From the human T2T-CHM13v2.0 reference genome, Homo sapiens: a DNA stretch of 64,000 nucleotides. Location: NCBI RefSeq assembly GCF_009914755.1, contig NC_060932.1. One strand, written 5' to 3'. A program made the position numbers and the translations under genes. Each line of letters opens with the position of its first letter. The stretch's first letter is position 1. Under the pieces are notes generated by a model. The model made no database searches. It was not told the origin of the DNA and saw only the letters and a program-made list of their open reading frames with translations. Below, in pieces: positions 31,401 through 49,381 of the stretch.

Positions 31401-33816
31401 GGCCTTGGATTCGGCCTTCATGAGCTGTAATGGCTTTCCCTGGTGGCATCCATTAGAATATTTAAGGTGACAATTTTTTTTTTCCCATTCTGGGAGCCAA
31501 CCACTTCAAAAAATCTTTGTCAGGTCACTGATGACTCTATAGATAGTAGAACAGAAACCTCAGTGGCCAAACGCAACTGTGAATACACACTTTGCAAAAA
31601 AAAAAAAAATAGTTTGAAAAAATCAGTTAACTAGTGGACAGCAGCAGCCTTCAAAAAGCAAAAATCAGCAATCACTGAGGAGGAGGAGAAATTGATTTCC
31701 AAAGTTACCACATTACAAAACGCAAAATATCCAGTTCTTAACAAAGAATTACAAAGCATACAAGGAAACATAAAAGTATGGCTCTTTCACAAGATAAAAA
31801 GAGTTGAACAGAAACCACTCCTGAGGAAGCCCAGACACTGGAATTACTAGCCAAAGATGTCAAATTAACTCTCTTAAATATAGTCAGTAGGTTAAAGGAA
31901 ACCAAGAAAAAGTCTGATGGAAAACAGGAGAATAATGTATGAATGAATAGGGAACGTCAATAAAGAAATAGTAAAAAAGAATCAAATCGAAATTCTGGAG
32001 CTGAAAATTACAACAGCTGAAATGAAAAATTCATTAGAGGAATGCAATGGCAGATTTGAGCAGACAGAAGAAAGAATCAGCAAACTGAAAGATAAAGCAA
32101 TTGAAATTAACCAGTCTAAGGACCAGAAAACACAGAAGAAAGAAAAATGAACAGAGCCCAAGGAACTTGTGGGACACCATCAAGCATGTCAACATATACA
32201 CACATCATAGGAGTGCCAAAGAGAGATTTAAAAAAAGAAGAAAAATATTTGAAGGAAATATTTTAGGAAATAATAACTTCTCAAATTTGAGGAGAGACAT
32301 GAATAAATACATCCAAGAAACTCAAGCAGGATAAACTTAAAGAGACCCACACCAAGACACATTATAGGCAAATTGTCAAAACCCAAAGACAAATATGGAA
32401 TGCCGAAAGCAGCAAGAGAGATGCAATTCATTATGTACAATGGATCCTCAGCAAGATTAACAACTGATTGCTCATCAGAAACCACAGAGACCAGAAAGCA
32501 GTAGGATAACACATCTAAAGTCTTTAGAAAATAAAAACAAAAACAATAAAAGACCTTTCAACCAAGAATTCTAAACCAGCAAAACTATTCTTCAAGAATA
32601 AAGGATAAATTAAGATATTTCCACTTTTTTTTTAAGTTGAAGAAGTTTGTTGCTACTAGATCTGCCCTACAAGAAATGCTAAAGAGAATCTTTCTGGCTG
32701 AAATGAAGGAATACTAGTCAGTAACTCAAAGCCATAGAAGAAATAAAGAACACGAGTAAAGGTAACTACATAGGTAAATACAAAATCCTGTATTATTGTG
32801 TTTTGTTAAGTAACTCCTCTTTTTTCCCTATATGATTTAAAAGGCAAATATATAAAACAATAATTATGAATCTATAGGAATGGGCCCATGATGTATAAAG
32901 ATGTAATCTGTGGTAATAACAATATAAGGGAAAGGGATACAGATGTATAGGAGCACAGTTTTTGTGTACTATTCAAACTGGTGTTTATTAACACTAGTTA
33001 GTGTTAATTACTGTAGGTTGTTGTAAGTTTAAGTTGTTCATTGTAGTGCCCAAGGTAACCAGTTAGAAAATAACTTTTATATATATGGAAAGAAAAAGGT
33101 AATTAAAATTGTAGCACACACAAACAAAATCAACTAAATTAAAAAAGGAAGTGATGAAAGAACAAAAAGCATACAAGACCTACAGATATGATGCTAAAGC
33201 ATAGGCAACAACAAAAATTAAAAGCTTTTCTGTATCAAAGGACACTATCAAGAGAGTGAAAAGACAATGCACAAAATGGGGAAATATTTGCAAATCATAT
33301 CTGATAAGGGCACAACATTCAGATTATATACAGAAACTCTACAATTCAACAATTAGCACACAGCCCAGTTTTAAAGTGGGCAAAGAACTTGAATAAATAT
33401 TTCTCCAAAGATGATATACAAATAACCAAAGAATTCTCAACATCATTTGTCATTAGAGAAATGCAAATCAAATCCACCAGATACCATTTCACACCCACTA
33501 AGATGTCTGTATTCAAAACAATGAAAAATAACCTGTTGGCAAGGATGTGGAAAAATTGGATCTCTTGCTCATTGCTGGTGGGAAGAAACATGGTACAGCC
33601 ACAGTGAAAAACAGTTTGACAATTCCTCTAAAATTAAACATAGATATTCCAGTTGACCCAGCAATTTTACTTATAGGTAAAATACCTCCAAAAACTTGAA
33701 AACAGGAACTCAAATATGTGTACACCAACATTTATGGAAGCATTATGTACAACAGCTGCAGGTAGAAAATAGCCCAGTGTCCATTAACAGATGAATGGAT
33801 TAAAAATATGTAGTAT

Positions 33817-34178
<362 letters not shown>

Positions 34179-34472
34179 CTACAACATGAATGAATCTTGA
34201 AAACATGCTAAGTGAAGGAAGGCAGACCCAAAAGGCCTCATACAGTACGATTCCATTTATATGAACTATTCAAAATAAACAAATCTATAAAGACAGAAAG
34301 ATTAGTCATTGACAGGAAATGAACAGAAGAGGAAATTGGAAGGTACAAGGCTTCCCCTTGGGGGTGAAGAAAATATTCTGGAATTAGATAAGGATAATGG
34401 TTGTACAATATTGTAAATATAATAAATATCACAAATTGTATGTTGCAAAATATTTAAAATGGTGAATTTTGT

Positions 34473-34810
34473 TGCTATTTTCAAAACATGTGTTTCCCTG
34501 GAAATCGTATCCTAAAACTTAATCTCCAATGCAACAGTGTTAAGAGGTGGGGTCTTTGGGAAGTGATTAGGCCATGAGGGCTCCACCTCCATGAATGGGA
34601 TTAGTACCCTTACAAAGAAGCTTGAGGGAGCCTGCAAGCTCCTGCTGCCATGTGAGTACACATAGAAGTCACCTTCTACAAGGAACTGAATCTGCTGGTG
34701 CCTCGATCTTGGACTTCCAAGCCTCTAGAACTGTAAGAATTAAATTTCTGTTGTTTCTAAGTTATCCCACTTAAAGTCTTCTCCTATAGCAACCCAGATG
34801 GACTAAGACA
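34473..34810 (+). mobile_element. MLT1A/MST-type solo LTR inside the L1 3' UTR
   Basis: tgcta...gactaagaca with 5-bp TSD TTTGT. Confidence 0.8.
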
Positions 34811-35126
34811 TTTGTTAAGTGAATTTTACCTAAAAAAAAAATTTCTGTATCAGAGTTGTTAAAGAATGATGAAACTAGCACTCAATACCTGAAATAAAAG
34901 AGCAAACCTGAATTTATTGCTTCTATAATGAAGGAGAACTATACCACTACACTGGTCAGGCATGGTCTCCAGGAGCAGACCAGACTGCTGATCTGATCTC
35001 ATTTAGGGTTTTGGAGAAGTTCACAGATATAAATAGGTTGACATCATCTGTAGAAGTGTGGTCACATAAGTGAGACATAACATTGATTTGTTGTCACTTG
35101 GAGGTATTTTTAATGAAGCAAATCCA

Positions 35127-35652
<526 letters not shown>

Positions 35653-36111
35653 CAAATCCATTCTTATTTAGCTGATTTTCATAAGCAAAGGCTGACATTG
35701 ATTGGTTGGTTTGCAAAAGCATGTTCACTGAGGCTAGTTCTCACGAATTAATGGAACAGATTTAAAATTGGTTCTGGTGGCTGTTTGTTACCATGGCTAC
35801 AGAACAATCAGTCTTTCCCTAAATTTGTGAGACCCTTTTTATTCTCATCCCAACCTCTTCCATGTTTTCAGTAACCTCTTCTATGCTGTCCCTCAGGAGA
35901 GCCTCTGCTCTTTTTTTATTCATGTATTTATTCAACAAACTGTTATGGGGTTCAGAGGAGAATAACACAGTTCCTGTCTTCAGAGTACCTACAGTCTAGA
36001 GAGGGAGCCCAGCTAAACAGTTAATTCCAATTCAGTGTGGAGGAATGCCCAGGGAACCCAGAGAGGATACTCACTTTGTCTGAGAAACAGAGGGAAGTTT
36101 CACAGGAAAGG

Positions 36112-36463
36112 TGTATTAGTCTGTTTTCATGCTGCTAGTAAAGACATACCCGAGACTGGGTAATTTATAATGGAAAGAGGTTTAATTGACTCACAGTTCC
36201 ACATGCTGGGGAGGCCTCATAATCATGGTGGAAGAGCGAGGGGTGTCTTACATGGTGGCAGGCAAGAGAGCATGTGCAGGGGAACTCCTCATTATAAAAC
36301 CATCAGATCTCGTGAGACTTATTCACTATCAGGAGAACAGCATGGGAAAGACCCACCCCCATGATTCAATTACCTCCCACCGGGTCCCTCCCTTGACATG
36401 TAGGAATTATGGGAGCTACAATTCAAGATGAGATTTGGTTGGGGACACAGTCAAACCGTATGA
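36112..36463 (-). mobile_element. THE1 solo LTR
   Basis: tgtattagtctg...ggggacacagtcaaaccgtatga. Confidence 0.88.
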
Positions 36464-36543
36464 AGAGGAAAGCCTTGACTGGACCTTGACCTTGACTCAA
36501 CCTTAGCCCTTACTCTGTGAGCACAAGTACACAGGACGATACT

Positions 36544-37096
36544 TGTGATGGTTAATATTGAGAGTCAACTTGATTGGATTGAAGGATGCAAAGTATTGTT
36601 CGTGGGTGCGTCTGTGAGGGTGTTGCCAAAGGAGATGGACATTTGAGTCAGTGGACCGGGAGAGGCAGACTCACCCCTACTCTGGGTAAGCACCATCTAA
36701 TCAGCTGCCAGCTGAATAAAGCAGGCAGGAGAAGATGGAAGAGCAGACTTGCTGAGTCTTCTGGACTTCATCTTTCTCCCGTGCTGGCTGCTTCCTGCCC
36801 TCGAACATCAGACTCCAAGTTCTTAAGCTTTTGGACTCTTGGACTTACACCAGTGGTTTGCCAGGGGCTCTCGGGCCTTTGGCCACAGACTGAAGGCTGC
36901 ACTGTCGGCTTCCCTACTTTTGAGGTTTTGGGACTCGGACTGATCCACCACTACCTTCCTTGCCCCTCAGCATGCAGACAACCTATCGTGGGACTTTACC
37001 TGGTGATTGTGTGAGTCAATTCTCCTTAATAAAATCTCTTTCATATATATATCTATCCTATTAGTTCTGTCCCTCTAGAAAGTCCTGATTAATACA
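36544..37096 (+). mobile_element. MLT2A (MLT2A2-like) HERV-L solo LTR
   Basis: tgtgatggttaatattgagagtcaacttgattggattgaaggatgc...ctgattaataca, ~550 bp. Confidence 0.85.
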
Positions 37097-37390
37097 AGTC
37101 AGGAAAAGGGTCTTTCAACAGAAGCAGCTTAACAATAGTTACTAATATTCTATATTAATCATAGAGATAAGAAAATAATGGTTACCTACTGTGTGCTAGG
37201 CATTTTCCTAGCTGCTTTAAATGGATTGTCTTCCTAAAAGCCCACAAAAACCTTATGATTAGATACCACTAATACCTGATTTTCCTGTGGAGAAATCTTG
37301 TCAGGGAAACAAATATAATAACTAGCCCAAGGTTTTTTGGTGAGTAGTACAGCCTGGATTCAAATACAGACAGTCTGACTTGGATACCTA

Positions 37391-38165
37391 GGAAGACTAA
37401 GCTTTGATTTTTTTTTTTTTAATCTTGCCCAAATTCCTGTCTAAGGGGCCTGGAGAGTCATGCCCTACAAACCACAAATTCTCATCAGATGGCTTTTATT
37501 TAACACTATCTATCATGACTTACTTTCCAACCTGACTCTGGCATAACTTCACAGGACAAGGAAGAAAATCAAAATATTTTACCCCAAAACATGTTTCTTT
37601 GCCATATCTTGATATGGCCTGGCAAAGATGTTCTTTCTGGGGGAAATTTTGCATCTGTAAAGAATCTCTGTTAACATAGCTAGATTTTTTTCTTCCAGGT
37701 CCTCTCAATCCTGAAGAGATTAATTAAAACTCCAGCACCTTTTAAACATCTAAATAGGAAACACTTGTCATCTATTGTGTCTAAGGGCAGCCACTATAAG
37801 ACTTCAGAAGAACCCTGATCTCCACAATTTTTTATTCTAACCTGAATATTTCATTTCTATCGATCTCAGGTCTTTAGACAAACTCCACCAATTGTCAATC
37901 AGAAAACGTTTAAATTTACCTATAGCCTGAGAGCACCTGCTTTGAGTTGTCCCGCCTTTCTGCACTAAACTAATGTATTTCTTGAATGTATTTGATTGAT
38001 GTCTCATGCCTTCCTAAAATGTATAAAACCAAACTGCTCCCCCACCACCTTGGGCACATGTTCTCAGGACCTCCTGAGGGCTGTGTCACGGGCCATGGTC
38101 ACTCATATTTGGTTCAGAATAAATCCCTTCAAATATTTTACAGAGTTTGACTCTTTTCATTGACA
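37391..38165 (+). mobile_element. MER4-family ERV1 solo LTR
   Basis: Ends aataaat...cagagtttgactcttttcattgaca; 4-bp TSD CCTA. Confidence 0.8.
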
Positions 38166-38569
38166 CCTATTTGGCCCTTCTTTGATAAATTACAAGTTCA
38201 GTAGAGGCCACCCAAGGATAACCCACAGAAGAAGTTCTTCAATTTCTGTATGAACTATTCGTAATCCATCTTAACAGGACATTTACAAAGTTTGGGGCAC
38301 GCATCACAATTTGCATTTGGAAAGTATTTGAATAATGTTCACAAGGTAAAATTCATTGATTTTGGTGAACTAATTGTGGACAACATGTTAATAAAATTTC
38401 AACTAATTCTACACAATGCTGTATTTTAATGGCTGAAATATTAAAAATTTATATCCTATTACTGAACAAATGATAACAGTAATAATTCTAATTGAGCTAT
38501 CAGGTAAAGAAATTAAAATAAATTTACAGAGTAACAATAATCTTATCCTTTATAAAGAAATTTATAACT

Positions 38570-38875
<306 letters not shown>

Positions 38876-39479
38876 CTACTGCCATCCTCAAAAAGCTAAG
38901 AATGATTGCTGTAAGATTTTCAACAGGGAAAGATGACTAATACATCCTTAATGTTTGCTTCCATTTGCATTTCTATCTCCATGTTAATTATTGCTTAAGT
39001 TATGCATTTTGCCTTGGTTACCATTTTTCCTAATTAAGGATTTGGGGGCCAAGAGATAAAAACACTACTTCAAACTAGCTTAAGCAAAAGGCCTTTTCTG
39101 GGAGGCCTTGGAGATAGCTAATGGATTCCAAGAGCACCGAGGATAGCCAGCCCCACAGAGGGCTGGACCAGGAAGCCGGCGCCGGCTGCCTGTGCTTTCA
39201 TTCTTTCTCGAATTTGTCTGCTCTGTAGGTCTCAGCAGTCACACGTGGTCACTGCTTATGCACGCACAAGACCCACCGTGGCAGCTCTCAGCTCCCTGGT
39301 TTATGTGTCCTCTGTTGCTTGCCCTGCAGGAATGACTAAGTAGCATCTCACAGTCCCAACTTGAAACTCTCAGGATCCAGAGAGTGTGTGGTCCTGTATT
39401 GCAAGCACAACTGCTGCTCCTGAACAGGGGCAGCTCTCAGGAAAGAGGGGCAGGAGCTGAGAGCAATCATCCATGTCTC

Positions 39480-39939
39480 CTACTCCACTCATTTGAAAAG
39501 GAATTTGCTTGTCTAAGTATTCCCGAATTTCAGAAAAAAGAGATAGGAGAAAGGGTTAATGGACCAGACCAGGGAAGCAGAGACAAAAGGAGTCTGGGCC
39601 TGGGCCAGGTCAGTCTTTCAAGGAAGAGTGTTTTATGTGGCAGAGCCTTCAGACACAGATGCAAAGTTCTTATCACGAGTGACCGCCAGACAGTGTCATT
39701 TAAGACAGCCATTTCAAGCTGCTGAAAGCCTGACCTCTTATAGTCACAGAGTCCTCTGGTGAGAACTGATCCTGGAAGAGTGTGCCTGTTTGTGTCTTTA
39801 TCTGGTTGGATGCAGTCTTTATCTTTTTATTTGTGTATTAAACAAAACATCTTATCCTTGTTGGCAGAGTCCCCTGTGAAATATAAAATGGAGTCTTTTT
39901 CTAAGATGGAGTTAGTTATGTCAAGGGTGCTCAATACAG
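39480..39939 (-). mobile_element. ERV1-type LTR (MER67/MER31-like)
   Basis: ctaagatggagttagttatgtcaagggtgctcaataca end; family recalled, uncertain. Confidence 0.45.
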
Positions 39940-40114
39940 TAGTGGATGACTGTGAGCACTCCCTTCAGCTCTGATTATTCTAGTCTAGGGTCCCATTTGC
40001 CATGGTCCTCACAGAAGGGTTACACCCAGATTATGAGAGAGTCTGTGGAAGCCCTTGACCTTGGTTGTGCATTGACACCCCTAGGCCAGACCTCAAAATC
40101 TCTGAAAAACTTTA

Positions 40115-40495
<381 letters not shown>

Positions 40496-40606
40496 CTAAA
40501 TTCTCTTTTAAAAGTTTATATTTCTATTAGGTTATTGTACATAATTATTTTGCATAATTTTGTAGGGCTACTCAGGAGAAATGAAACAGCTTAAAGAAAT
40601 GATGCA

Positions 40607-40925
40607 GGCCAAGCACAGTGGTGGCTCATGCCTGTAATCCCTGCACTTGGGAGGCTGAAGCGGGAGGATCACTTGAGCTCAGGAGTTTGAGACAAGCCTG
40701 GGCAACACGGTGAAACCCTGTCTCTACTAAAAATACAAAAATTACCCAGGCATGCTGGTGCAAGCCTGTAGTCCCAGTTACCTCAGTAGGCTGAGGTGAG
40801 AGGATCACTTGAGCCTAGGAGGTCGAGGCTGTAGTGAGCCAAGATCACACCACTGCACCCCAGCCTGGGCAGCACAGTGAGACACTATCTCAAAAAATAA
40901 AAGAAAAAATAAAAATAAAAAAGAA
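40607..40925 (+). mobile_element. AluJ/S
   Basis: TSD aaagaaa(t/c)gat. Confidence 0.88.
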
Positions 40926-40949
40926 ACGATTACATATATACCACATATT

Positions 40950-41597
40950 TGTCGAAAAAAAAAAGAGTCCAACTCTGTAAAATATTTGAAGAGATTTATT
41001 CTGAGCCAAATATGAGTGACCAATGAATGGCCTGTGGCACAGCCTCAGAAGATCCTAAGAACATGTGCCCAAGGTGGTCAGGCTACAGCTTGATTTTATA
41101 CATTTTTATACATTTTAGGGAGACATGTAATCAACACCCGTAAGATGTACATTGGTTTGGTCTAGAAAGGTGAGACAGCTGGAAGGTGGGGGTGGCATTC
41201 CAGGTCATAGGCAGATTCAAAGATTTTTTGATTGGCAATTGGTTGAAAGAGTTCTTTTCTAAAGACCTAGAATGTCTGGGTGAAGATAAGGGGTTGTAGA
41301 GATGAAGGTTTTATTATGTAGATGAAGCCTCCACGTAGCAGGATTCAGAGAGAATAGATTGTAAATGCTTCTTTTCAGACTTAAAGAGTCTGTCCTATCA
41401 GTCTTCAGGTCTCTGTGTTGATGTTAATGTTGGTCAGCTGGGCCTGAATTCCAAAAGGGAGGAGGGAATGAGGAGGCATGTCTGACATGTCCCCTTCCCA
41501 TCAAGGCCTGAACTAGTTTTTCAGGTTAACTTTGGAATGCCGTTGGCTGAGAGGACAGGGTCCATCAGTTGGCTTAGAATACTATTTTTGGTTTACG
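40950..41597 (-). mobile_element. MER4A-like ERV1 solo LTR
   Basis: tgtcga...tttttggtttacg; 4-bp TSD TATT. Confidence 0.8.
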
Positions 41598-41786
41598 TAT
41601 TTATATGCACACACACCTGCATACATTGTTCCTGAGGACAAGTGCAAAGATTATGTGTCTATGACTACACATTATTTATACTGAAAAGGAGATTGAATCA
41701 GATTTCATTCTAGAAGACTTGACACCCCACAAGTCCATTACGATCCAAGGGCAGTGATAGAAATGACAAAGCCTCCTTCCAGAATA

Positions 41787-42013
41787 CAGGTTGAGTATCC
41801 CTTCTCTGAAATGCTTGGGACCAGAAGTGTTTTGAATTTGAGAGTGATTTTTTTTTAATATTTACATTATGTAATTACCAGTTGAGCACCCTAATCCAAA
41901 AATCTGAAATCCAAAATGCTCTAATCCTTTGAGCATCATGTTGGTGGTCAAAAAGTTTTGGATTTTGGAGCATTTTGGATTTTCCATTTTTCGGATTAGG
42001 GATGCTCAACCAG
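41787..42013. mobile_element. Tigger4a/MER46-like MITE
   Basis: TIRs caggttgagtatccc / gggatgctcaaccag. Confidence 0.8.
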
Positions 42014-42579
42014 TTCCTAGTAATAGAGGAAAGGCCTTTGCCCCCTGCCATGCCCAAATAAAAACTTTTCTGTTTTGTTTTCATAAAATACCACTGTTTC
42101 AACAAAGTAAACATTAGCAGAATAATTTAACAAGAATGGTGGTTGTTTTTCTTCCTAGTAAAATGTACAACTACACCGGCTATTCTTTAGAGTTTTAGAA
42201 CAAACAAAGCCTTCACAATTGATCACTCTTTAGAAAATCATTCCAAATATTTGTTTCCCTGATTTGTATGCTTCCTCTTTCTAATAGTAATTTGCAGGGG
42301 GTTAAGATTGAGAATGTGTATACATCAAGGTTAATAAAGTAGAAATGAACAGAGCAACAGGGAATGTGGAAAAGCAGATGTGCTAGCCCTGACTAACTAA
42401 CCACTGTGACTGATTATGAGATGATTTGACTTTGAGACCACGTATACAAAGCAGTTAGCAGAAAATCTGGAACACAGGAGTTGCTAATAAATGGTAGCTA
42501 ATAGTATTATATTTCACAACCAGTATTACACTTCTCACCCATGTTGTGTCACCAAATGAAGTTGCAGCTACGCTCATTC

Positions 42580-42981
42580 TTTTTTTTTTTAATTTTTGAG
42601 ATGAAGTCTCACTGTGTTGCCCAGGCTGGTCTCAAACTCTTGGCCTCAAGTGATCCTCCTGCCTCAGCCTCCCAAAGTGCTGGGATTACAGGCTGGAGCC
42701 ACTGTTTCCAGTACATCCATTCTTAAGGCTTTAAAATAATTCTGGAACAAGACACCATTGGGTGGACCCTCCAGCCCAGTCCAGCATCAAGTTCTACCGG
42801 CCAGTGTGTGATCCCACTCTTAGTTTTTTGTTTGTTTGTTTGTTTGTTTGTTTGTTTTTTAATAGATATGAGGTTTTGCTGTGTTGCCCTGACTGGTCTC
42901 GAAATCCTGGGCTCAAATAATCCTCCCACCTCGGCCTCTCAAAATGCTGGGATTACAGGTGTGAGTGAGCCATTATGCCCT
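42580..42981 (-). mobile_element. Two Alu monomers (42580-42707, 42823-42981)
   Basis: Antisense left-arm motifs. Confidence 0.8.
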
Positions 42982-43467
42982 GCTGCATTCTTCTTTTGAC
43001 CCAGGAACTTTTGAGCCTTGTGTTTCAGGAAATAAAAAACAATAATTAAACTCACAGTATTCTTTCCCCATAAGTTTAGTTCTTTCTTCTCTGCCTGGAA
43101 AATTTGGAAGCAATAAAGTCCCCAATATATTGGTCTGAAAAACATCTCTGTGATTTTTGGTAGCCATGACAAATAAGAAAAAAGAGTAAGGCTATTGTTC
43201 TCATCACACATAAAGGAAGCTTTCAGCTAGAAGGTCCTCAGAAAATATTTCCAGTGCAGGTCAGAGAGACTGTAGAATCCAACCAAACAGGATTTTCCTC
43301 TTATCACTGCACATCTGGATCTGAGATTACTGCCCTCAATAACCTACTTGTATACCCCTAAGGCCCCAGAGCGGCCCCAGAGCTGCCCCCAGAGTCTCCC
43401 AGCAATGCCCAAGTGTGGGGTGTGGAGAGAGAATCCTACTTGCTACAACAGACAGTGGTTTGCATCA

Positions 43468-43854
<387 letters not shown>

Positions 43855-43929
43855 CTAGGCCTGAAGGCCAAGGCTCTCTTCATATGCCTTCCTATAGCTC
43901 TTCCCTTTTGCCTCCCTCCAAATCCTTAG

Positions 43930-44211
<282 letters not shown>

Positions 44212-44419
44212 GTTCCATTTTATTCTTTGATCCACCTAAGGCAATATCAGAAGGTAGTGTGTAAAAGCCTGGCCTTTCCCCAGGTATCCCAGCATAGTAC
44301 ATAGTAAGCAGGGAATAACTGAATTAGAACCAAAAAGCAATTCAGAACAAAAATGGCTCTAATGCTGTGAGTTCGGTCCAGGTTTTTCTTTTTTGTTTTG
44401 TTGGTTGGTTGGTTGGTTG

Positions 44420-44688
44420 GGTTTTTTTTTAGAAACACGGTCAGCCTCTGTTGCCCATGCTGGAGTGCAGTGGTGTGATCATAGCTCACTATAGCCTCAA
44501 ATTCATGGGCTCAAGCAATTCACTTACTTCAGCCTCCCAAGTAGCTGGGACTACAGGCACTTGCCACCATGTCTGGCTAATTTTTAAATTTTTGGTAGAG
44601 ATGGGGCCTTGCTATGTTGCCCAGGTTGGTCTCGAACTCCTGACATCAAGCAATGCTCCCACCTCAGCCTCCCAAAGTTTTGGGATTA
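44420..44688 (-). mobile_element. AluJ
   Basis: Antisense dimer, (TTGG)n tail. Confidence 0.85.
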
Positions 44689-45037
44689 TTCCATTCACAG
44701 AAAGAAAGAGGGGAAAAAAAGAAGAAGAAGCATTGATATTACAGCCATGAGACACTGGAAAACTACTTTTTCAAATAAGGGAATGAATTGTCAAAATAAA
44801 AATGTCTAGATGATATCTTACAGATTTCCCCATACACGTAACTCGCCCTTTGCCCACATCTGTTGGATGTGCCGTCAGCCTCTATCCAATTCTCTTTCTC
44901 GTATCAGAAACTACCATCAAATATTATTATTTGGCAACTCTTCCTTACTGAAAATAAGAGGATTTGGGGTGAGGGGAGGAACAATAGGTGGAGTATGTTC
45001 TGTTTTATGAATTGATAAGAAGGAAAGGAAGGAAGGG

Positions 45038-45602
<565 letters not shown>

Positions 45603-45620
45603 GAGGGAATGTGGACATGA

Positions 45621-46101
<481 letters not shown>

Positions 46102-46753
46102 TGATTCATTCATGGTTAAGAACTTCCAAAATCTGCCCTGTGTCCTTTGGAATTTTTATTTAACCAAAGAAATAAGCATTAATACTAACATATGTATAGT
46201 TACATGATTATTATGAAAAGTAGAAAAATGAGAAAATGACTTGTGCAGCTGTTAATATGATTGTTAAGTTCTCCAGTCTCACCCCATCACATTCCCACGT
46301 TAAAAATCTTCAGAGGTGACTATCATACTTGATCCATGCATTAAGAAGTCTATTTGTTTGTACACAGGTCACAATTGTAATAGACATGATTCTGCAAATA
46401 ATGTGAACATAGGTGCAGAACTCTTTATGGCCCTATGATGCACTGTTGCTTATTTCTTGGGTTAAGTAAAATTTCCAGCAGACACATGGTAGTTTTTTGA
46501 GGTGCTTAACCTTGAAGGAGGCAGGATAGCAACTGGCTCACACACACATGCGGCTCTTCTGATCGTGAGAAGAGGACTTTTTTTTGCCTAACTGCTGCAT
46601 GTCATGACCTTCATCAATCAGCCTGATACCAGATCCTTCAGCCAAGGAACAGCAGATCCTTAAGAAGCTTTTTTTCTTGTTTTTCTCCTGGAATGTTCCT
46701 ACCAAAAGATCAAAGCCATGCTCAGAAAAATGTTTGCCTAGTATCTACACAGA

Positions 46754-47361
46754 TTTTTTTTTCTTTTTTTGAGGCAGAGTCTTGCTTTGTTGCCCAGGTC
46801 AGAGTGCAGTGGTGTGATCTCAGCTTCCTGAAGTCTTGAAATCCCAGCCTGGGCTCAAGCAAAATCCCCTCCTGCCTCAACCTCCCTAGTAGCTTGGACT
46901 ACAGGCATGCACTGCCACATCTGGCTAATTTTAGTATTTTTTGTAGAGATGGGGTTTTGCCATGTTGCCCAGGCTGGTCTCCAGCTCCTGGGCTCAAGTG
47001 ATCCACCTGCTTTGGCCTCCAAAATTGTGGGGATTATAGGTGTTACACCATGCCTGGCTTTTTTTTTTTTTTTTTTTTTTGAGACAGGGCATTGCTCTGT
47101 CACCCAGGCTGGAGTGCCATGGTGCCATCATAGCTCACTACAGCCTCAAACTCCTAGGCTCAAGCAATCTTCCCACTTCAGCCTCCTGAGTAGCTAGGAC
47201 CACAGGCGTGCACCACCATACCTTGCTAATTTTTAAATTTTTGTAGAGATGGGGTCTCACTATGTTGCCCAAGCTGGTCACAAACTCTTGGCCTCAAGGA
47301 ATCCTCCTGCCCCGGCCTCCCAAAGTGCTGGAATTACAGGGATAAGTCACTGCACCCAGCC
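46754..47361 (-). mobile_element. Two tandem AluJ elements
   Basis: 46754-47057 and 47059-47361. Confidence 0.87.
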
Positions 47362-47531
47362 AACAATTGCTATTTATTAATATTATTGTTATACAGATCC
47401 TCAGTAAATTTCAAATGAGAGCAGAGTTTCTAAATTACAGCAGAGCACTATTAAAATATTGGAGAGTTTGGGATTTGAGGAGGTATAATGGAAGAAATCT
47501 CGTTTGTTAAGTGGAGACAGAAACCCAATTC

Positions 47532-47832
<301 letters not shown>

Positions 47833-48567
47833 ACTGCAGCTATTTTAAAATCCCAGCTTGCTCCCTGGTGAGCTAGATCTGTCAACTTGGAAGTCAGCCT
47901 CATTCTCCGCTGCCTCCCTCTGCCTTCCATGCCCACCCCTGCCTTTCTTTCTATAGATGATTTATACTAGGATCTCCTAATGGCTCCCTTTACTTCAGTT
48001 AGTTTGAGTGGGGTTTCAGTCAGACACTCGAGAACAAAGACCACTGACTAATGCAGGCAGGGGGAGCTGAGCAGTTAGGGACAGGGCACAGAAGCCAAAA
48101 GACCATAGAGAGGCAGAGACCAAACCGCGTCCCAAGCACCCACTCAGGGTCTGGCACACAGTAGGCCCTCAAAGAGGATTTGGCGAATCAATGGCAGAGA
48201 GGCAGCCAATGAGAGCACCTGCTCCTCAGTGCACAGAAAAGTGGCCCTGCTGCCGGGGCCACTCTGCACCCCGAGCTCACCCCCGGACCTGAGCTTCATC
48301 CCACACAGAGTGGGTCCTCGCTGTGTGTCTGCCCCAGGTTGCCATGAGGCTGGGAGGGCCGTGCCGGGATGAACTGTTTACAATTAACTTGGCCATCACC
48401 CTCTGCACACTTTAGATGGTCCCAGTGAGTCTCTTGCAACCAAGTGCCTCATTTGCTTTATGTCCCAAGAACTGCACCATAAGGTTGACGGGGAAGACTG
48501 GGGAGGTGTTGGTCAAAGGACACAAAATATCAGACAGGAGGAATAGTTCAAGAGATGCATTGGACAT

Positions 48568-49255
<688 letters not shown>

Positions 49256-49381
49256 GACATCATGGTGACTACAGTTAATAACAATGTATTGTATTCTTGA
49301 AAATTGCCAAGAGTACATTTTATGTGTTCTCACCACCAAAAAATAAGTATATGAGGTAATGCACGTGTGAAATAGCTTGAA

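Noticed and set aside
31950-32720. Functional L1 ORF1
   Set aside because: Multiple stops and frameshifts
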